A stretch of DNA of 64,000 nt from Gemmatimonadota bacterium (GTDB taxonomy: Bacteria > Gemmatimonadota > Gemmatimonadetes > Gemmatimonadales > GWC2-71-9): positions 169,892-233,891 of the forward strand of contig JBDHKN010000001.1 of assembly GCA_039586365.1 (NCBI GenBank), in the 5' to 3' direction. The notes beneath the pieces are model-generated. The model had not been told where the DNA came from. It saw only the letters and a program-made list of their open reading frames with translations, and did no database searches. Position 1 is the first letter of the stretch, and each line of letters starts with the position of its first letter. Shown one piece after another: positions 59,301 through 64,000 of the stretch. A program made the position numbers and the translations under genes.

Positions 59301-59478
59301 AGACAGCCGCCGTCACCAGTTCGATATTCAGCTCGATACTGGGCTATCTGAAATTCTGCGGGGTGGCGCGAATTTCAGCTATGTCTTGAACGACCTGCGG
59401 CACACGTCAGATAAGCTGTCCCAAATGACGTTTCGGATCTTTCTCGACCTCAGACTCTTTGCGGGTGAGATTAGATGA
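53338..59478 (+). CDS. sprA: SprA/Sov-family giant outer-membrane protein (T9SS translocon homologue), ~2,046 aa
   Basis: Signal ...TLQA|Q; SprA-like blocks DFDTEREF...EDEILQRVDVG, DYEVDYALGQV, AYVEDFE, TEDLDGDN, ELWTDDIRL; start (GTG 53338) inferred. Confidence 0.85.
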   Translation: MSRTTTAVIAAALLLPGGTLQAQESGGPLPRVRVRLLADSIRVRVPAALAPGGRLAPRTTPQMVVAVWMDRVQEYVAGRRATRWQTNLLASLGPAPRRRREGIPRPEEIAAQIQGPAGAGEPATLESLAELADLGLDMTARLELTLDRLRNARCTAADAFSLASGCVGGFPTPTVEEQFNVRAGGVVGDRVHLNVDFDTEREFNANNAITVYYQGLEDEILQRVDVGTVTFQVPGSRFITSGIPSNSFGVQAEAQLGPLSLRSIVAQQKGSAIRTRYFTVGDATTLPVDFEARDLDFASGRFFFIVNPTALSGYPDVDVLSINREALPLSLQVAEARVYRLRAQGGQVEENRNLGGIDAIALRTDSPQRVGPFSWELLVEGEDYYLDPSGAWFALGNSVGTEDFLAVSYVTSAGDTVGTYPSISSGVDTLELVYEPRRGPEVPTFAYEIRNGYRLGGDDIDRATVSLAVLLNNSEEPLDGGGTYLSRLGLALSTDASTLDEFNRIFPRERDPDGGTPIRDLFVIFPHLTPFGDTTRLRSEERNDSLYRTPTYLRRSQGPPPRFSLRIHYEGSGAGDRSSLNLGAIQVRLGSERLYIGERQLVRGRDYEVDYALGQVAFLNPDSLFVGSTEVRAEFEENQLFDDAPRSIVGFSGTYSLGTTGNLNAIGIFQRERTVSNRPLLGLEPEAMFIGGLSTELHFRPTAVTRFLDALPLVSTSVPSTLEVTGELATSNPNSNLTGTAYVEDFEQEPATQISLAERRFQLGSRPSSGTGLPLSHLGSSGDFEVADAVPLVWQNLIPSSSGLVQFSPTDIDSTIVLTGTGIAVETTLWLTLKPDTVGGAPDPETGSPRWFRPHTVGPRWRSMTQPLGGGSGVGVDLSRVEFFEFWMLEDQARSAMQQGAYLMFDFGTVFEDAVDFGPDSFTPAAPDTVFGGFQLVGIGRLDSEKDPVTNVFNAQFDDVGIRGDLLDSVVNQATGETAIRFPMCDLRGLTDVTAFRLGNLLARCSRGNGFLNTEDLDGDNRLDATVGTAQEDLVRHVVPIGDEQYFVREGGRYVDDGGRVHTWRLYRVPFREDTVQIGQPKLRQVEAMRITLVAPDQGGAESEFSIALARMQFVGAPWIKRAETPIAGLSGGQGIPRGEVVASVVTTENTDLGYEPPPGIIDQAQRADLEFGFGTQQINEKSLRLLARDLRAGERAEALLRFTVAADKNFLKYRNLRVWAKGRGLGWEEGDLQFFIKVGRDEHNFYMYKAPIRSVSWEPEIVVDLGRWTELRETLENAWLSGAPPSGALECGGDSTAYVACDGSYFVQVRNPGTSPPNLARVSEVAVGIYRPFESVLIEQAELWTDDIRLTDVIDDAGVAAAIDVRLAAADVAELAFNYSRVNDQFRQLGEEPSYVTDRTMRFGGTVNLEKVVPAAWGLNVPFRIEHVRTAADQFYVAGSDVRAEALENLRRPKSSVTNLEVSVRRVRRGTSFIERTVLDPLSFRARRNVGETVQSLTQARTENQQFQADYAAVPRPRTFKAVPGFVVGFLDWLPGFVRNSEFAKSVRSARIRWNPQRLRFSSTLTDNSTRRSIYRVPVELATDGSLAPLRSITHTWRNAAELDLRPFSTFGFRATYVSTRDLQDYGDSTSVGQFLGEERGRLFGTDVGFERTRRVTTGLDLSPVVNAWLRPRFVLTSVYSFNRDPNAGGPVVTDPDSGTIKTPESVSNTQLRELGTVFDLARLISGVFGDSSAVSVLARAVLPADLTFVREHRSNFNDVTFAPGIDYQLALGGLADFREQQGVLATSAGEITALAASGGARLPWGAQVRLSYRDNRNIVWFRRPEGQQRNEQRNREWPSLSASWVLTPTSALRRVLSSFSAQLRWRVIRRFSIKPQLDPIEDRDADQVDLLTEDNSSVVSPAVTLILPGGITTSASYTAMSAERITSGNVTNTDRTEWNGSMGFGFRLPAGLMRTRSQIRTTVAINSSKRVVCLVPVGDIECRAVSDSRRHQFDIQLDTGLSEILRGGANFSYVLNDLRHTSDKLSQMTFRIFLDLRLFAGEIR

Positions 59479-60374
59479 GAATGGACATTTGCGTGCTTCT
59501 AGCTGCAGTCCTTGGCTGTGCTCACGGCGCGCGCGCTGAACAAGAGTTCGATGGCACGGTCGCATTCCAGTACATCGAGACCCAGCTCTCGTTCGGTCCC
59601 CGTGTCCCCAATACAGATGGCCACCGCAAAACTGGTGACTGGATATTGGATCACCTGCGCGCCACAGCGGAGTCAGTGGAGGAACAGGCATTTGTTCACG
59701 TAACGGCTAGCGGGGACACGCTTCTTCTGAGGAATCTGATCGGGCGATTCCGACCCGAATCGGCGGAGAGAATACTCTACGTCGCACATTGGGATACGCG
59801 ACCTGTCGCCGACAGGAGTAGAAATGTGGGAGATCAGATGTTGCCAATTCCCGGTGCCAACGATGGGGCGTCGGGTGTGGCGTTGCTGCTGGGAGTGGCT
59901 GACGCACTCCTCCAGCAGCCGCCCCGTTATGGGGTAGACCTCCTGTTCGTGGATGGGGAGGACTATGGCAGTTTCTCTGACCCGGAACTGCACGACGTGT
60001 TGATCGGGTCTCGGTACTACGCCAAGAATCTCGATCCGACCGCGCCAAGGCCCTTGTTCGCCGTTGTGTGGGACATGATTGGTGATCGGGAATTGAGGAT
60101 CTTGCAGGAGGGTAACTCTCTCGCCGGCGCTCCAGAGGTCGTGCAGCGGGTTTGGGAGAGAGCCCGTGAGCTGGGTTACCAGCGGGTCTTCCGGAGAGAG
60201 CAAGGTCAATACATCACGGATGATCACATACCGCTGCAAGACGTAGGCATCCGTGCCATCGACGTCATCGATCTGGAATTCGCATCCTGGCATACGCTAG
60301 AGGACACCATCGACAAGGTCAGCTCAGAGAGTCTCCAGATCGTGGGTGACGTGGCAGTGGCCCTGGTTAGATGA
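59475..60374 (+). CDS. M28-fold lipoprotein, probable zinc glutaminyl cyclase
   Basis: AHWDTRP, GANDGASG, DGEDYG, WDMIG, TDDHIP, WHTLED; lipobox VLGC; ATGA overlap with sprA. Confidence 0.75.
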   Translation: MRMDICVLLAAVLGCAHGARAEQEFDGTVAFQYIETQLSFGPRVPNTDGHRKTGDWILDHLRATAESVEEQAFVHVTASGDTLLLRNLIGRFRPESAERILYVAHWDTRPVADRSRNVGDQMLPIPGANDGASGVALLLGVADALLQQPPRYGVDLLFVDGEDYGSFSDPELHDVLIGSRYYAKNLDPTAPRPLFAVVWDMIGDRELRILQEGNSLAGAPEVVQRVWERARELGYQRVFRREQGQYITDDHIPLQDVGIRAIDVIDLEFASWHTLEDTIDKVSSESLQIVGDVAVALVR

Positions 60375-60536
60375 TCACCGGAGTCAGGACGGCCACATGA
60401 TCGGTCAGTCAGCGTGCCGAGCCAGGCCTCCGCCCCTTTATCTGTTGCTCACACCACTGCCAGGATCTGCAATGTCCTGATCCGTCACGCGAGATTGTGG
60501 TTGGGCACCGTGCGCGGGTTTGCCTACCATATGGTC

Positions 60537-61151
60537 ATGGCCACCAAGGATGATCGGCGGGCAGCACTGCTGCTCGTTGGGCTGGCGGTAGCTGGTCTCG
60601 TTGTCCGCTTGATCTCGGGTAGCGGACCCCCACCCGGAGCACTACTCTACCGCGCCGCTCAAGACCCACGCACATCACGGGATTCGCTGACGGATCAGGC
60701 TCTGCGGCTGAATCGGCCACTGTCCCCCGGTGAGACAATCGATGTCGACCGCGCCTCAGCTCAGGAGTTGACCAGGCTGCCTCGGATTGGACCGGCCTTG
60801 GCGGGAAGGATAGTGGCGGAGCGGACGGTCCGCGGGGGGTTCGGCTCGCTACAGGAGCTAGACGAAGTGCCTGGAATCGGACCAGCCGTCATCGAGGATA
60901 TCAAGCGATATGTAGTATTCTCGGGTCCTGCCCGGAGGTCAGCTACGAAAGCTCCAGCGGGCCGCGTGAGACTGAATACGGCTACGTCCGAAGAGCTTGC
61001 GGAGCTACCAGGGATCGGCCCGGCGCTGGCTCGTGCGATTGTCGAAGACCGGCGGCGCAGGGGCAGGTTCAAGACCGTGGCTGGCCTGACCAGAGTGCGC
61101 GGTATCGGACCAGTAACCGTCGAGCGAATCCGGGGCTTGGTGGCGCCTTGA
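60537..61151 (+). CDS. comEA: ComEA-family DNA-binding protein with two HhH domains
   Basis: N-terminal TM; LPRIGPALA...VPGIGP and LPGIGPALA...VRGIGP. Confidence 0.82.
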   Translation: MATKDDRRAALLLVGLAVAGLVVRLISGSGPPPGALLYRAAQDPRTSRDSLTDQALRLNRPLSPGETIDVDRASAQELTRLPRIGPALAGRIVAERTVRGGFGSLQELDEVPGIGPAVIEDIKRYVVFSGPARRSATKAPAGRVRLNTATSEELAELPGIGPALARAIVEDRRRRGRFKTVAGLTRVRGIGPVTVERIRGLVAP

Positions 61152-61233
61152 CAGTAAATCCGGTATCCCTACTTTACGCCCTTGGGATCAAGTGAGTTAG
61201 CGAAACCCGCCACGTTCTCCTACCAAGGCTGCT

Positions 61234-62940
61234 ATGGCAACAGCTGCGGCTAGCACTGAGCGGCTCGGCGACCTCCTAGTTCGCGAAGGCCTGATAACCC
61301 GAGAGCAGCTTCAACAGGCCCTTCAGGAACAGCGGAACTCGGGGATGCGTTTGGGCTACACGCTGGTGAAACTCGGTCTCGTGGAGGAAACCGAGATCAC
61401 CAAGATGTTGGCTCGTCAGTACAGAATGCCTGCCGTGGATCTGGCCCGATTCGAGGTAGATCAACGCATCGTGAAGCTCGTGCCTGGCGAGGTGGCGATC
61501 AAGCATACGGTTCTGCCGCTGAAGCGAGAGGGCCGGACGCTGACCGTGGCAATGGCCGATCCCACCAACATGACCGTGGTGGACGACCTCAAGTTCATTA
61601 CTCGGTATGACATCTTCCCGGTTATTGCGGGCGAGTACACGCTCAGGACGGCGATTGAGCGTTACTATGAGCAGACCGATGCCCAGCTCCAAACTCTGCT
61701 GAAGGACATTGAGGAAGGAGTAGACCTCGAAGTAATTGAGGAGCGCGAGGATGAAGACCAGCCAACCCAAGTAGCCGATGACGCTCCAGTAGTCAAGTTG
61801 ATAAACGGTATTCTCTCCGATGCGGTGAAACGCGGCGCGAGCGACATTCACATCGAACCATTTGAGAAGGAAATCCGGGTTCGATACCGGATCGACGGCG
61901 CACTTTTGGAGGTGATGAAACCTCCCATCAAGCTGCGAGCCGCGCTTACCAGCCGAGTCAAGATCATGTCGAACCTGAACATCGCGGAACGACGTGTTCC
62001 TCAAGATGGGCGAATCAAGCTCAAGATGGGAAGACGAGTCATTGATTTCCGTGTCTCGACACTACCGGTGATCTTCGGTGAGAAGATCGTGCTGCGGATC
62101 CTGGACAAGGGTAACCTAACCCTGGATCTGACAAAGTTCGGATTTGAGCCGCAGGCTGAGAAGGACCTAATGAGGGCGATCCTCAACCCCTATGGAATGG
62201 TATTGGTGACGGGGCCCACAGGTTCTGGGAAGACAACTACCCTATATTCAGCTCTGTCGCGCATCAACACGATAGAAGTGAACATCATGACAGCTGAGGA
62301 CCCCGTCGAGTACAACATCCACGGGATCAATCAAGTTTTGGTGCGGACGGAGATCGGGATGAGCTTTGCGGCAGCGCTCAGAGCATTCCTGCGGCAGGAC
62401 CCAAATATTGTGATGGTGGGCGAAATTCGGGACATTGAAACCGGGAGTATTGCTATCAAAGCGGCGCTGACGGGTCACTTGGTGCTGTCGACGCTGCATA
62501 CCAACGATGCTCCATCGACCGTTACGCGTATGATTGATATGGGCATCGAACCCTTCAATGTCGCGAGTGCAGTGAACTTGATAGTCGCGCAGCGCCTAGT
62601 GCGGCGCATCTGTGCGGACTGTAAGGCCGAGTGCAAGTACAGTGAGGAGGAACTCGCCGCTATGGGGCTCTCCTTGGAGGAGGCGACCGGGATAACCTTC
62701 TACAGGGGCGAGGGATGTGACACCTGCGGCGGGACGGGATACAAGGGGCGTCAGGGTCTTTATGAGGTGATGGCGATGTCGCCTGAGATTCGTCGCATGA
62801 TTCTGCGTGGTGCGTCGACAGCTGAACTGACCGAACAGGCGGTTCAGGAGGGGATGCTGACGTTGCGCGTGGATGGACTGATGAAGGTTAAGCGCGGCAT
62901 CACGACAATGGAGGAAATAGTCAAGGAGACTGCGGAATAA
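61234..62940 (+). CDS. pilB: Type IV-A pilus assembly ATPase
   Basis: MshEN-like RLGDLLV; ASDIHIEP, GPTGSGKT, LRQDP, GHLVLSTLH, tetra-Cys. Confidence 0.95.
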   Translation: MATAAASTERLGDLLVREGLITREQLQQALQEQRNSGMRLGYTLVKLGLVEETEITKMLARQYRMPAVDLARFEVDQRIVKLVPGEVAIKHTVLPLKREGRTLTVAMADPTNMTVVDDLKFITRYDIFPVIAGEYTLRTAIERYYEQTDAQLQTLLKDIEEGVDLEVIEEREDEDQPTQVADDAPVVKLINGILSDAVKRGASDIHIEPFEKEIRVRYRIDGALLEVMKPPIKLRAALTSRVKIMSNLNIAERRVPQDGRIKLKMGRRVIDFRVSTLPVIFGEKIVLRILDKGNLTLDLTKFGFEPQAEKDLMRAILNPYGMVLVTGPTGSGKTTTLYSALSRINTIEVNIMTAEDPVEYNIHGINQVLVRTEIGMSFAAALRAFLRQDPNIVMVGEIRDIETGSIAIKAALTGHLVLSTLHTNDAPSTVTRMIDMGIEPFNVASAVNLIVAQRLVRRICADCKAECKYSEEELAAMGLSLEEATGITFYRGEGCDTCGGTGYKGRQGLYEVMAMSPEIRRMILRGASTAELTEQAVQEGMLTLRVDGLMKVKRGITTMEEIVKETAE

Positions 62941-62942
62941 GC

Positions 62943-64000
62943 ATGACAGATACGGGAACGCGACACGGCGGTACGGGTTCGATGAACCTTAGGGCGCTGT
63001 TGGAGGAGATGATCGAGCGTGACGCGTCAGACCTGCATATTACTGCCGGAGAGCGTCCCAAGCTGCGCATTGACGGCGGCATCACGAACTCGAAGGTTGA
63101 GCACACGATGTCGCCCAAGGAGACACTACAGCTCGCCTACTCGGTCCTGACGGAGAACCAAAAGAAGCGCTTTGAAAACGAGGACGAGCTGGATTTCTCG
63201 TTCGGCATCCAGAACCTCGCACGGTTCCGGGGGAACTGCTTCAAACAGCGCGGCTGTGTGACCATGGTGATCCGACAGATTCCGTTCTCCGTAAAGACCT
63301 TTGATGAATTGGGCCTGCCGCCAGCTCTTGCCCAACTGGCAGACCGCCCCCGTGGCCTTGTGCTCGTGACGGGTCCGACCGGCCAAGGGAAATCCACCAC
63401 GCTCGCTGCTATGGTGGACAAGATCAATAAAGAGCGGAGGGCTCACATCATTACTATCGAGGACCCGATCGAGTTCATCCATCGGCATCAGGGATGTATC
63501 GTCAACCAACGTGAAGTGGGTACGGATACCAAATCGTTTGCGAACGCCCTGAAATACGCGTTGCGGCAAGACCCTGACGTGGTTCTCGTGGGGGAGATGC
63601 GGGATCTGGAGACTGTCGCTGCTGCATTGACCATAGCTGAGACTGGTCACCTCGCTTTCGCAACGCTCCACACCAACTCAGCTGCCGAAACCATCAACCG
63701 GATCATTGACGTCTTTCCGTCGCACCAACAGTCACAGGTCAGAGCCCAACTTGCGTTCGTTCTTGAGGGTGTGGTGACTCAGACCCTGCTCCAAAGGGCT
63801 TCCGGCAAGGGCCGGGTGATGGCTTGCGAGATCATGATAGCTACCCCAGCGATTCGAGCCCTGATTCGTGACGACAAGGTCCACCAGATCTATTCGGCGA
63901 TGCAGGCTGGTAAGAAGCATGGTATGCAGACGCTGGCTGACTCGTTGTATACGCTGTACATGTCACGCGACGTAAGTCTGGAGGAATGCCTGAGAGTAGT
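62943..64000 (+). CDS. pilT: Type IV pilus retraction ATPase PilT (runs off the window end)
   Basis: Translated by hand: ASDLHITAG, GPTGQGKSTT, IEDPIE, LRQDPD, ETGHL, AIRALIRD. Confidence 0.93.
   Translation, partial: MTDTGTRHGGTGSMNLRALLEEMIERDASDLHITAGERPKLRIDGGITNSKVEHTMSPKETLQLAYSVLTENQKKRFENEDELDFSFGIQNLARFRGNCFKQRGCVTMVIRQIPFSVKTFDELGLPPALAQLADRPRGLVLVTGPTGQGKSTTLAAMVDKINKERRAHIITIEDPIEFIHRHQGCIVNQREVGTDTKSFANALKYALRQDPDVVLVGEMRDLETVAAALTIAETGHLAFATLHTNSAAETINRIIDVFPSHQQSQVRAQLAFVLEGVVTQTLLQRASGKGRVMACEIMIATPAIRALIRDDKVHQIYSAMQAGKKHGMQTLADSLYTLYMSRDVSLEECLRV

Noticed and set aside
63370..63402. PilT Walker A variant GPTGQGKST
   Set aside because: The substitution is at a variable position; GxxGxGKS is intact
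1..64000. CRISPR arrays, IS elements, prophage, defence systems, rRNA/tRNA
   Set aside because: No repeat-spacer arrays, transposase/integrase/phage/defence-nuclease motifs or RNA gene signatures seen by eye; a formal scan was not possible

Overview
GC-rich bacterial chromosomal window, densely coding (about 62 CDS). I found no rRNA, tRNA, CRISPR array, transposase or integrase. Gene content (Ser/Thr kinase and TPR proteins, ECF sigma/zf-HC2 pairs, DUF4097, SprA, a Bacteroidota-style TonB receptor, DsbA-VKOR, type IV pili) suggests a Gemmatimonadota-like organism; this is an inference, not a search result. Housekeeping blocks: sdhCAB, ccmABCD, heme A synthase, lptFG, pilB/pilT/comEA, nfi, hslR, several peptidases and transporters. 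Most notable is a ~2,050-aa SprA (type IX secretion translocon) homologue, translationally coupled to a lipoprotein with animal/Bacteroidota-type glutaminyl cyclase motifs. In addition, at least five secreted proteins in the window appear to start their mature form with Gln (a 'Q-rule' signature). Also seen: a DOPA-decarboxylase-like gene clustered with a methyltransferase, permease and dehydrogenase; probable ATC and CTG start codons; leaderless-gene signatures; two small membrane proteins missing from the ORF track; a tandem di-heme cytochrome c lipoprotein; and periodic inverted-repeat elements. All product calls come from motif recognition by eye.
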